A stretch of DNA of 64,000 bases from an uncultured Chloroflexia bacterium (GTDB lineage Bacteria > Chloroflexota > Limnocylindria > Limnocylindrales > CSP1-4). Made by a program: the position numbers and the translations under genes. Numbering within the stretch: position 1 is the stretch's first letter; each line of letters opens with the position of its first letter. Under the pieces are notes generated by a model. The model searched no databases and had not been told where the DNA came from. It saw only the letters and a program-made list of their open reading frames with translations. The stretch spans positions 80,555 through 144,554 of the forward strand of contig CAVORL010000002.1 of NCBI GenBank assembly GCA_963698595.1. The letters are read 5' to 3'. Below are positions 47,196 through 55,980 of the stretch, piece by piece.

Positions 47196-48830
47196 ATGGA
47201 GGCGATGGGCGTCACGGATCATGCTTCTCCGGCCGGCGTTGACGGGGACACACTCCCGCCGACGTCGTTCCCCGGCGACTGGCTCGCCTTCCACGCTCGA
47301 CGGCGTCCCGACGCGCCCGCCATCGCGAGCCGCACCGCACGCCTTACCTACGGGGAGCTCGCGGAGAACGTGTCCGCCCTCGCCGGCGCCCTGGCCAGGC
47401 ACGGCGTCGAGCCCCGAACGAAGGTGCTCCTCGCGCTGCCGAACTCGGCGGCCACGGTGGTGGCGGGACTGGCGATCAACACGCTGGGTGCCACGTCGGT
47501 CGAGGTGAGCCGCGAATGGAGCGCCGACGTCCTCGGCGACATCGTGGCGCGCAGCGGAACCCGGCACGTGATCATCGCCGGGCGCGACGCGACCACGTGG
47601 GGCGAAGCCCTCGCCGGGCAGCCGGTCGATCGCGCCTGGGTGGTCAGCGACGGCTCCCGCCCCGGCGCCCCGGACGGAGCCCTGGGAACCCTCCCGGTGA
47701 CGCTGCTGCGGGAGGACGGCCGGCTGGATCCGGTCCCGGAGCCGCGGTCGCGGCCGCCCGTGGTCCGCCCGGAACCCGACTGGGCGGCCCTGGTCCTCTT
47801 CACCTCGGGCAGCACCGGCCGGCCGCATGGCGTGATCCAGACATTCCGCAACGTCGATGCCAACAGCCGCTCCATCGTGGAGTACCTCGAGCTGACGGCG
47901 CGCGATCGTGCCCTTCTCAGCCTTCCCCTCTACTACTGCTACGGCCGCAGCGTCCTCCAGACGCACCTCCTGGCGGGCGGGTCGGTCGTCCTCGAAAGTC
48001 GGATGGCATTCCCGCGCCTGGTGGTCGAGACGATGGCTGCCGAGGGCTGCACGGGATTTGCCGGCGTGCCCCTCACGTTCGAGATCCTCCGCCGGCAGGT
48101 GGACGTCGCCTCCATGCCGCTGCCGCACCTGCGATACGTGACCCAGGCAGGCGGCGCGATGGCACCGGACACGATCGCCTGGGCCCGCGCGACGTTCGCT
48201 CCGGCGCGCCTCTTCGTGATGTACGGGCAGACGGAGGCTACCGCGCGCCTCGCCTACCTGCCGCCCGAGCGGGGAGAGGAGAAGCACGGGTCCGTCGGGA
48301 TCCCGATCCCGGGCGTCGAGCTGCGCGTGGTGGACGAGGCGGGGAACGACATGCCGGCCGGCGAGGTCGGCGAGCTCGTCGCCCGCGGCGCGAACGTGAC
48401 CCCCGGCTACCTCGATGAGCCGGCTGAGACGGCGGAGATCCTGCGCGACGGGTGGCTCTGGACCGGCGACCTGGCCGAGCGGGATTCGGACGGCTTCGTC
48501 TACCACCGTGGTCGCGTGAGAGACGTCCTCAAGATCGGCGGCCGCCGGGTGAGCCCGATCGAGATCGAGCAGGTCGTCGCGCGGCACCCCAGCGTGGCCG
48601 AGGCCGCCGTCGTCGGCCGGCCGGACGACCTCATGGGTGAGGTGGCGGTGGCCCTCGTCGTCCTCCGCGCGGGCAGCCGGGTCGACGCGGCCGACATCGT
48701 CGCGCACTGTCGCGGGCATCTGCCCGCTCCTCTCGTCCCGGTGGCCATCCGGGTCGTCCACGCGCTGCCGCGGAACGAGGCAGGCAAGCTCCTTCGTGCC
48801 GAGATTGCGGCCTGGTCCCTGCCCACGTAG
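47196..48830 (+). CDS. Adenylate-forming (AMP-dependent) acyl/aminoacyl ligase
   Basis: A3 core LFTSGSTGRPHGV, A5-like YGQTEAT, A7 WTGDLAE and A8 GRVRDVLKIGGRRVSPIEIE. Confidence 0.85.
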   Translation: MEAMGVTDHASPAGVDGDTLPPTSFPGDWLAFHARRRPDAPAIASRTARLTYGELAENVSALAGALARHGVEPRTKVLLALPNSAATVVAGLAINTLGATSVEVSREWSADVLGDIVARSGTRHVIIAGRDATTWGEALAGQPVDRAWVVSDGSRPGAPDGALGTLPVTLLREDGRLDPVPEPRSRPPVVRPEPDWAALVLFTSGSTGRPHGVIQTFRNVDANSRSIVEYLELTARDRALLSLPLYYCYGRSVLQTHLLAGGSVVLESRMAFPRLVVETMAAEGCTGFAGVPLTFEILRRQVDVASMPLPHLRYVTQAGGAMAPDTIAWARATFAPARLFVMYGQTEATARLAYLPPERGEEKHGSVGIPIPGVELRVVDEAGNDMPAGEVGELVARGANVTPGYLDEPAETAEILRDGWLWTGDLAERDSDGFVYHRGRVRDVLKIGGRRVSPIEIEQVVARHPSVAEAAVVGRPDDLMGEVAVALVVLRAGSRVDAADIVAHCRGHLPAPLVPVAIRVVHALPRNEAGKLLRAEIAAWSLPT

Positions 48831-48990
48831 GACGCGGCCCAGCGGCAGCGACGGGAGGCACCCGGTGAGGGCGTACACTGTCGGGCGGCCCGGCGGGACT
48901 GCGAGCGGCTCCGGCATGGCCCCGGGCTGGAATGGCGCAGGGGAGCTGGCGAAGCGGGAGGCGCCGGGTGTGGCTGGAGGCCGGCAAACG

Positions 48991-49686
48991 ATGTCAACCG
49001 GGATGACGAGGCTCGTGATCGTCGGCGCCGGTGGGTTCGGGCGCGAGGTCCTGGAGCTCGTCGAGGACATCAACGCGACGCGCACGACCTTCGAACCCCT
49101 CGGCTTCCTCGACGACGGCGACGTCAACCCGTACATCCTGGAGCGCCTCGGCGTCCCGCTCCTGGGCCCGTCGACGCACCTCGTGGAGCTGGACGCCAGC
49201 TACGTGATCGCGATCGGCTCGGGCGAGGCCCGGCGCCGGATCGACGCCCTGGCGCGCGCCGAGCGACGTGCGGCCGGGGCCACGCTCGTCCATCCGAGCG
49301 CCACGCTCGGCAGGGATGTCGTGGTCGGGGAGGGTGCGATCATCGGCGCCGGCAGCCGGCTCACCGCGCATGTCGTCGTCGGCCGGCATGCACACGTCAA
49401 CGTCAACTGCACGCTCGGCCACGACGTGATCGTCGAGGACTTCGTGACCCTCGCTCCCGGCGTCCTCCTGGGCGGTGGCAGCGTGATCGAGGAGGGCGCG
49501 ACCATCAGCCTGGGGAGTGTCGTCCTCCCCAGCGTCCGGGTGGGCCGTGGGGCAGTCGTCGGCGCCGGCGCCGTGGTGGCGCGCGACGTCGCGCCCGGTG
49601 CGATTGTCGTCGGGCCTGTCGCCCGACCGACGCTCCGGACGCGGTTCTCGCCGGAAGGGTACTCGCCAGCGGGCGACCCAGGGTAG
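48991..49686 (+). CDS. NeuD/PglD-family sugar N/O-acyltransferase
   Basis: Codon 119 of track ORF 48637..49686: MSTGMTRLVIVGAGGFGREVLELV (N-terminal Rossmann-like subdomain), then hexapeptide repeats VVGEGAIIGAGS..VVGRHAHVNVN..VGRGAVVGAGAVV. GGAGG lies 10 nt upstream. Confidence 0.8.
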   Translation: MSTGMTRLVIVGAGGFGREVLELVEDINATRTTFEPLGFLDDGDVNPYILERLGVPLLGPSTHLVELDASYVIAIGSGEARRRIDALARAERRAAGATLVHPSATLGRDVVVGEGAIIGAGSRLTAHVVVGRHAHVNVNCTLGHDVIVEDFVTLAPGVLLGGGSVIEEGATISLGSVVLPSVRVGRGAVVGAGAVVARDVAPGAIVVGPVARPTLRTRFSPEGYSPAGDPG

Positions 49687-49735
49687 ACGTAGAGCCGCCA
49701 GCCGCGCGCTCGCAGGGGGGTGGCGACGCCCCGCG

Positions 49736-50947
49736 TCACCGACGCCGGCGCTCCGAGCGAGGGTCAAGCTCCTCAAGCGCCCGTTTGCCCATGCGCCAGA
49801 GGCCGGCGACGAAGGGGGCCGGGTCCGTGAGCGAGAGAAGGTCGTAGACGTCCCACGGCCGGAGGATCGCGGGCAGGCGGGTGGCGGATTCGCGGTCGCG
49901 GCGCGGCGCAGCGAGCCAGCGGGCCTCGAGCGTCGGACGGTGGAACCGGCGACCCAGCGGGTAGTCGAGCGGCGGCAGCGGCTCCTCCCCCAGTGCCGCC
50001 AGGACGGCGCGCTCCGTCGGTCGCAGACCGAGGAGCTCAGGAAGCCAGGCCGAGCCCCACACCCGGGGGTTCACCTCGATCAGGCACAGCGACCCGTCCT
50101 CCTGGCCGTACAGCTGGACGTTCGCGAGCCCCTCGAAGCCCGCCGCATCGCACACCCGCTCGGCGGCCTCGAGTGCCCGCGCTCCGATCCCGCGCCGCGG
50201 GTCGATGGTTGCGATGGCGGCCGCCTGGCCTCCCCGGGGCGGATACTCGAGGAAGACCCGGTAGGCGATCCGGAAGCTCGTCCGGCCACGGTGGCGCACG
50301 ATCGCAACGCTGACCTTGTGGGCCCGCTCGACGCGTTCCTGGACCATCGGCTCGAGGTCCGCGGCCTGCAGCACGGCGACCGCCGCATCCTGTTCGGCCT
50401 GGTCGGCGACCACGAACGCTCCTGTCCGGCCGACCACGCGACCCGGCCGCTCCATCGCCGTGCGCCGAGGCTTCACGATCCTGGGCCAGCCGGCGGAGGC
50501 CGGGGCAGGGAGACCCGGCATCCACGTGGCGGGATACGCCACCCCCGCTTCGGCACACGCCGCCGCCAGGTCCACCTTGTCGATCACCCAGTCCAGGGCG
50601 GCATCCATCCGCGGAACCGTCGGCACATCGATGTCGAGATGCCGAAGCCTGGCGATGGTGGAGTCGGAGACCGCGACGATCGCCTGGCATCCGCGCCTGC
50701 GTACGACGGCGGAGAGGGCCGCCTCGAACGGGGCCGCCTCCGCGTAGGGATCCGGGAGGCGCTCGTAGGGGCCGACGGCGTACTTCGACAGGGAGGCGAG
50801 CGCATCAGGCCGCCGTTCTGCGCCGGCGACTACTACGTCCCAGCCCGCGCGCCCCAGCCCACGGACCGCGGCCACGGTGTGGCGTCCGACGGGATCAAGG
50901 ACGAGGATCGGGCCTGCCCGAGTCCTCGGGTGCGGGTGGGCGCCCAT
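49736..50947 (-). CDS. ATP-grasp-fold carboxylate-amine ligase
   Basis: 403 codons from MGAHPHPRTRAGPILVLDP. PreATP-grasp ILVLDPVGRHTVAAVRGLGRAGW, RIVKPR, and ..GLANVQLYGQEDGSLCLIEVNPRVWGS (the Mg/ATP-binding E-x-N). Confidence 0.7.
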   Translation of the reverse strand: MGAHPHPRTRAGPILVLDPVGRHTVAAVRGLGRAGWDVVVAGAERRPDALASLSKYAVGPYERLPDPYAEAAPFEAALSAVVRRRGCQAIVAVSDSTIARLRHLDIDVPTVPRMDAALDWVIDKVDLAAACAEAGVAYPATWMPGLPAPASAGWPRIVKPRRTAMERPGRVVGRTGAFVVADQAEQDAAVAVLQAADLEPMVQERVERAHKVSVAIVRHRGRTSFRIAYRVFLEYPPRGGQAAAIATIDPRRGIGARALEAAERVCDAAGFEGLANVQLYGQEDGSLCLIEVNPRVWGSAWLPELLGLRPTERAVLAALGEEPLPPLDYPLGRRFHRPTLEARWLAAPRRDRESATRLPAILRPWDVYDLLSLTDPAPFVAGLWRMGKRALEELDPRSERRRR

Positions 50948-51322
50948 GCGGTGATCGTAGTGGCACCGGGTCGCAGACGCCTGCTGGGGCGCCGGGCGAC
51001 GCGTCCTGCCCGGCGCTCGCGGCGCGTCCAGGCACCGCCGCGCCTGGTCCCAGGCACCCTCGTGGCGCCACCAGCGGGTGGACCGGAGGCGTCGAGGGCG
51101 GTGCGGATGCCTGAGTCGTAGTCCGTTGGCCGATCCGGTCCCGTACGCATGCGCCTCTGGCTCGACGCCCCTCACGTCCCGTAGTGTCCGTTGCACGCAA
51201 TCAGGTGCCGCGGTCGGCGCTCGCCCACCCCGGCTCCCCGAAATAGCACACCCGTCGCGAGGCGGGGCCGCAAAGCCACGGGACTCACGCAGTCAGCCGG
51301 GTTGCCGAATGGAGCCAGATCG

Positions 51323-53035
51323 ATGTTCTGGGATGGCTCGCGCTGGGTCGACGAGCGCGCTCACTCTGCCACACCGCCCCTTGACACCACGTCCGCCCGA
51401 CGCCGCCCGCGGCGCTGGCTGACCACCGCCGCCGTGCTCGTCGGCCTGGTCGCCCTGACCGCGCCGTCGTCGGCGCCGGTCAGTGCCCGCTACGCGACCG
51501 ACCAGCTGACGGCGGCATGGGGCGCCGAGTATTCCATGGAGGTCGCGCAGGAGTCGGCCCGCCTGTTCGACGTCCAGGGCCTCTGGCATCGTCGGGTGAA
51601 CGAGAGATTCCTGAGTGGCCGCGCCCTCACGTCGTGGCAGCGAGGCGCGCGCGTCAGCGTCACCTTCTCGGGCACGGGCATCGCGATCATCGGCCCGGCC
51701 AGCGTCAACCGCGGAAAGGCCCGTATCTACGTCGACGGGCGCTACGCGAAGACCGTGAGCGCCCAGTCGGATTCCTACCTCCCTCAGCAGCCACTCTTCG
51801 TCGAGACCTGGGAGACGGAGAAGACGCGCACCGTGACGATCGCAGTGGTCGGGACGACGAGGGACGCGAAGTTCACGGTCGACGCAGTCGCCGTGCGCGG
51901 CCCGAAGAAGCCGAAGACCGATGGCCGCGCGCCGGCACCCGCGCCCACGCTCGCGCCGGTCCCGTCGCTCGCGCCGGTCCCTTCCGCCGCGCCGGTCCAG
52001 ACGCAGGCACCCGACCCGAAGCCGGCACCCGCCGCCCCTGCGGCGCCGGAGCCCACGCCGAGGCCGACCGCAGCACCGACCGCAGCACCGACCGCAGCAC
52101 CGACCGCAGCGCCGACCGCAGCACCGGCGCCGACCCCGGCTCCCACGGCGGCTCCCGCGCCGGCATCCTGCGGCTCAACGCTCCAGGCCAAGGTGGACGC
52201 GGCCCCGTCCGGTGGCACGCTCAACCTGACCGGCTGCTCCTATGGCGCCGGGGCGACGATCAGCAAGCCGCTGACGGTCGTTGGGGCCCGCCTGAGTGTC
52301 CCGGCCAATCAGCGCGGCTTCATCGTGACGGCGTCGAACGTGACCCTTGACTCGGTTGTCATCACGGGCCCGCAGGCCACGACCTATCGCTGGAACGAGG
52401 TCGGCGTGCTCACCACCGGCTCGATCTCCAACCTCATCGTGCGCAACGCGACGATCCGCTCGTTCGGCAACGCCGGCATCTGGGTTGGCACGTCTGCCAA
52501 CTCGCGGATCACCGGCACCACGATCGAGGACACCGTCTATGCGGGAATCATGGTCATCGCCGCCTCGGGCGCCCGGGTCGACGGCAACGTCGTACGCCGG
52601 GTCGGGGTGAACGGCGCCTCCGCGAACGGCAACAACGCCTACGGCATCGCGGTCTCCAACGAGGGCGGGGCGGTCTCCAGCGACGTCGTGATCGACGGGA
52701 ACACCGTCGCGACCGTGCCCACCTGGCACGGGCTGGACACCCACGCCGGCGTGCGAGTCTCGTTCACGAACAACACGGTCAGCGGCTCCCCACGCGCCCT
52801 CTTTGTCACGAGCGACAGCTACGGCCGCAATGCCGCGGACATCACCGTGACGGGGAACCGGTTCCTGAGCCCGTCTCCGGCCACGACGAACCTCTCCACC
52901 ATCACGACCTATGCCGCCAGTCGCGTGACGGTCACCGGCAACACCTCCAGCGGCTGGGGAAGCGCGTCGTTCTTCTACGACTACCAGGGGAAGAGCAGCG
53001 GGCTCGTCGTCTCAGGGAACTCCATCACGCCGTAG
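51323..53035 (+). CDS. Secreted/anchored right-handed parallel beta-helix protein 1 (N-terminal beta-sandwich module + Pro/Ala linker + beta-helix)
   Basis: ATG 51323 (GGAG upstream; codon 45 of the track ORF). RRPRRWL plus a hydrophobic segment. Repetitive NxxIxxxGNAGI / TIEDTVYAGI / GNVVRRVG coils typical of pectate-lyase-fold/NosD repeats. Confidence 0.75.
   Translation: MFWDGSRWVDERAHSATPPLDTTSARRRPRRWLTTAAVLVGLVALTAPSSAPVSARYATDQLTAAWGAEYSMEVAQESARLFDVQGLWHRRVNERFLSGRALTSWQRGARVSVTFSGTGIAIIGPASVNRGKARIYVDGRYAKTVSAQSDSYLPQQPLFVETWETEKTRTVTIAVVGTTRDAKFTVDAVAVRGPKKPKTDGRAPAPAPTLAPVPSLAPVPSAAPVQTQAPDPKPAPAAPAAPEPTPRPTAAPTAAPTAAPTAAPTAAPAPTPAPTAAPAPASCGSTLQAKVDAAPSGGTLNLTGCSYGAGATISKPLTVVGARLSVPANQRGFIVTASNVTLDSVVITGPQATTYRWNEVGVLTTGSISNLIVRNATIRSFGNAGIWVGTSANSRITGTTIEDTVYAGIMVIAASGARVDGNVVRRVGVNGASANGNNAYGIAVSNEGGAVSSDVVIDGNTVATVPTWHGLDTHAGVRVSFTNNTVSGSPRALFVTSDSYGRNAADITVTGNRFLSPSPATTNLSTITTYAASRVTVTGNTSSGWGSASFFYDYQGKSSGLVVSGNSITP
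51950..52003 (+). repeat. Imperfect 18-bp tandem repeat x3 inside the linker
   Basis: ctcgcgccggtcccgtcg / ctcgcgccggtcccttcc / gccgcgccggtccagacg, encoding LAPVPS-LAPVPS-AAPVQT. Confidence 0.7.
52064..52123 (+). repeat. 12-bp tandem repeat x5 (ccgaccgcagca), in frame, encoding (PTAA)5
   Basis: Five head-to-tail copies. The fourth ends in g instead of a. Confidence 0.9.
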
Positions 53036-53058
53036 CAGGCCGCGGATCACCACCGTTG

Positions 53059-53092
53059 GGAGTCGGCGCCCCCCATCTGCGGCGCCGACTCC
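53059..53092 (+). terminator. Perfect 12-bp stem-loop after beta-helix gene 1
   Basis: GGAGTCGGCGCC (53059-70) / GGCGCCGACTCC (53081-92) with a 10-nt loop, 24 nt after the stop. Confidence 0.5.
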
Positions 53093-53326
53093 GGATCTGG
53101 GCGATACTGCGCCAATCCCGGGGCTGACCCACGCGTACTCCGGCCGGCCGTGACGCGCCCCATGGCGCCGTCCTGTGCGGACCGGCGGCCCCTACCCGAC
53201 GCGATCGGGCATCGCCGGGCATTTGAGGACCAACCGAGGAGCTTCACGGCGGCGATTGCCACCGTGACCGCGACAACGCCGCCGGCTCCCCGGACCGGCA
53301 CGCGGCGCACGTGCACCCGTCCTAGC

Positions 53327-54415
53327 ATGGTCGACCTGGACTCGGCTCACGCAGCACGGGCTCGGCGCCGCGTCGCGGCCCGCGCCATCGGTGCTCTACG
53401 CAGAGGAGACACGAAGTTGCCCCATCCTGATGACAGCCAGCTGACGCCCCGGCGACCACGCCGCTGGCTCAGCCCCGGCGCCGTCGTGCTCGCTGCGATC
53501 GTCGTCGCCGGGTCACTCGCCGCCGTCGATCCAACGCCGGTCGCGGCAGCGAAGTGCGGGCGATCCCTCCAGGCCAGGGTCGACAGGGCCCGGTCGGGGG
53601 CCGTGCTCGACCTCACCGGCTGCACCTATTCCGCGGGAGCCACGATCAGGAAGGCCATCACGCTGGTGGGGGCCCGGGTGAACGTCCCGGCCAACCAGCG
53701 CGGCTTGATTGTCACGGCGTCGAACGTGACACTCAGGCGCCTCGTCATTCGAGGCCCGCAGGCCACGACGTACCGCTGGAACGAGGTGGGCGTGCTCACC
53801 ACCGGCGCCGTCGCCAACCTCAAGATACGCAACTCGAAGATCCGCTCGTTCGGCAACACGGGCATCTGGCTTGGACGGTCCAGCAACGCGCGGATCACCG
53901 GCACGACCATCGCGGACACTGTCTACGCCGGGATCATGCTCATCTCGGCGGCCGACGCTCGGGTCCTCCGCAACGTCGTGCGCCGCGTCGGCGTGAGGGG
54001 CGCCGCCGCGCACGGCAACAACGCCTACGGGATCTCGATGTCGAACGACGGCTCGACAGTCTCTTCGGACGTGACCGTCAGCGGGAACACGGTCGAGGAC
54101 GTCCCCACGTGGCACGCGCTCGACACCCACGGCGGCATCCGGATTGCATTCACCAACAACACCGTCCGGCGGTCGATGCGCGGGATCTTCATCACCTCCG
54201 ACGGCAGCGGCCGCCGATCCAGGAGCATCACGGTAACGGGCAACAGGCTCCTGAGCCCTCCCGCGAACTCCCAGCAGGCCGTCACCACCTACAACGCGGT
54301 CGACGTGACCGTGACCTCCAACAAGGCCGTCGGCTGGGGTGCCAGCCAGTTCTTCGGCGACACCGGCGGCCTCAGCACGGGTCTCGTCGTCAAGAACAAC
54401 ACCGTGACCCCGTAG
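53327..54415 (+). CDS. Secreted/anchored right-handed parallel beta-helix protein 2 (tandem paralog)
   Basis: ATG 53327 (codon 60 of the track ORF). RRPRRWL plus a hydrophobic segment. Collinear with protein 1 from CGRSLQARVD.. to ..NNTVTP. Confidence 0.75.
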   Translation: MVDLDSAHAARARRRVAARAIGALRRGDTKLPHPDDSQLTPRRPRRWLSPGAVVLAAIVVAGSLAAVDPTPVAAAKCGRSLQARVDRARSGAVLDLTGCTYSAGATIRKAITLVGARVNVPANQRGLIVTASNVTLRRLVIRGPQATTYRWNEVGVLTTGAVANLKIRNSKIRSFGNTGIWLGRSSNARITGTTIADTVYAGIMLISAADARVLRNVVRRVGVRGAAAHGNNAYGISMSNDGSTVSSDVTVSGNTVEDVPTWHALDTHGGIRIAFTNNTVRRSMRGIFITSDGSGRRSRSITVTGNRLLSPPANSQQAVTTYNAVDVTVTSNKAVGWGASQFFGDTGGLSTGLVVKNNTVTP

Positions 54416-54419
54416 GAGT

Positions 54420-54438
54420 CGGCCGGCATCCCCGGCCG
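54420..54438 (+). terminator. Short GC hairpin after beta-helix gene 2
   Basis: CGGCCGG-catcc-CCGGCCG, 5 nt after the stop. Confidence 0.3.
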
Positions 54439-54525
54439 GCCCGACGATGAGGCGCGGAGGGGCTCGGAGGCGGCCGCCCAGCACCGGCTCGACATGAGCC
54501 GGCAGACACGGGATACTCCGGCACT

Positions 54526-55980
54526 GTGAACGCGCCGCTTCGATCCCTGGTCAGGCTCGGCGGCAGCCCACGTGGCGCCATCGTTCAGGTCGTCGGCGCG
54601 CTCGTCGGCGGCCTCGCCGCCGGGCTCGTCGCCGCCACGATGGACCCGCTTGTCGGCGGGATGCTCGCCGCCGGGATCGCGCTCGTCCTCCTGAGCGTCC
54701 GGTGGCCGCTGCTCCTCCTGTTCGTGTTCGTCGCCCTCATCCCGATCGAGGACAGCGTCAACATCACCGGCTTCGGCACGCTGAGCCGCTGGGCCGGCAT
54801 TGCGTTCGCGGGGGTCTACGCCATCCCAAGGCTGGGCCGGCTCGTTCCCGGGGCCCTCCCCCTGGCTGGATGGGCCTACATCGGCTGGGCGGTGCTGAGC
54901 GTCGCGTGGGCCCTCGATCCGGACACGGCCCAGGGCCAGCTGCAGACCCTGGTCCAGCTCGCGGTCATCGGCTTCCTCGTGGCCGACGTCGTGCTCCACG
55001 AGCCGACCGTCGTGCGGCCGCTCCTGTGGGTCTACTCGCTGTCGGCCGCGGCGACGGCGGCGCTCGGAGTCTCCGTGTTCATCCTCGGCGGCGTGGCTGC
55101 CGACGGCCGCGCCGCCGCGATCGCGGGCCAGAACCCTGCCCAGTTCGCATCGCTTCTCCTCCCCGCGCTGATCTTCAGCCTCTACGAGGTGCTCCACGGA
55201 CGGAGGGTCGCCGCGAGCGGCCTCGCCGCCCTCCTGTGCACCGCCGGGATCGTCCTCTCGGGCACCCGGAGCGTCTGGCTGGCCGCGGTCGTCGTCATCT
55301 TCTTCTTGATGATCCCGCGGCTCGGGATCCGCCGGGCCATCGTCGCGCTCGGCGTCGTCGGTCTCCTTGCCATCGCGACCTTGCAGATCCCCGGTGTCGG
55401 AGGCCTCGTGGCGAACCGCGCGGAGACCGCCACGTCGAGCGGGGGCGCCGGTCGGACGGACATCTGGGCCGTCGGCTTCGAGATCTTCGAGGCGTCGCCG
55501 GTCATCGGCGCCGGCTACGCCAACTTCCCGGTCGCCTTCACGACGTCGGTGCTGCGCTCGGCGAACGTCGGAGTGGACGTCGGGACGGGACGGGCGCCCC
55601 ACAACATCGTCGTCGGGACGGCGGGCGAGCTGGGCCTCGTCGGACTTGCGCTGCTCGCGCTCTTCATCGTCCCGCTCGTCGTCCGACGCGGCTGGGGGCC
55701 GGACGGCACCGTCGTCCAGGCGGTCCTCGCCTCCCTCATGCTGGACGCCCTCTTCCTCGACATCGTCGCGAACCGGAAGCAGGTCTGGGTCGCCATCGGT
55801 CTGGCGGCAGGCCTTGCCTACCTCGCCGGGCAGGCGCGCCGCCGCGGGGACGTGCCGGCGATGGGCACGCCCGCGACCGTGCGGCTCGGCACGTCCGGCT
55901 CGGCCACAACCGGCTCGTTTCCCGCACCGCACCGCGGCAGGGTTCGAGGAGCGTCCCCGGCCCCCGACACCAGCGCGTGA
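54526..55980 (+). CDS. O-antigen polymerase/ligase-family membrane protein (Wzy-like)
   Basis: About 11 TM helices. Wzy_C-like loop LSGTRSVWLAAVVV..GGAGRTDIW..FEASPVIGAGYANF..APHNIVVGTAGELGLVGL. GTG start. Confidence 0.8.
   Translation: MNAPLRSLVRLGGSPRGAIVQVVGALVGGLAAGLVAATMDPLVGGMLAAGIALVLLSVRWPLLLLFVFVALIPIEDSVNITGFGTLSRWAGIAFAGVYAIPRLGRLVPGALPLAGWAYIGWAVLSVAWALDPDTAQGQLQTLVQLAVIGFLVADVVLHEPTVVRPLLWVYSLSAAATAALGVSVFILGGVAADGRAAAIAGQNPAQFASLLLPALIFSLYEVLHGRRVAASGLAALLCTAGIVLSGTRSVWLAAVVVIFFLMIPRLGIRRAIVALGVVGLLAIATLQIPGVGGLVANRAETATSSGGAGRTDIWAVGFEIFEASPVIGAGYANFPVAFTTSVLRSANVGVDVGTGRAPHNIVVGTAGELGLVGLALLALFIVPLVVRRGWGPDGTVVQAVLASLMLDALFLDIVANRKQVWVAIGLAAGLAYLAGQARRRGDVPAMGTPATVRLGTSGSATTGSFPAPHRGRVRGASPAPDTSA

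Noticed and set aside
47091-49136. Upstream 682 codons of the 1003-aa minus-strand ORF
   Set aside because: It is antisense to the adenylate-forming ligase, whose core motifs are intact. A clean NadE-like protein begins at MFSRDVLQ (47090).
54702-55976. First 425 codons of the 817-aa plus-strand ORF
   Set aside because: It overlaps the polytopic Wzy-like gene in another frame. The GT4 homology begins at the GTG at 55977, which overlaps the wzy-like stop.
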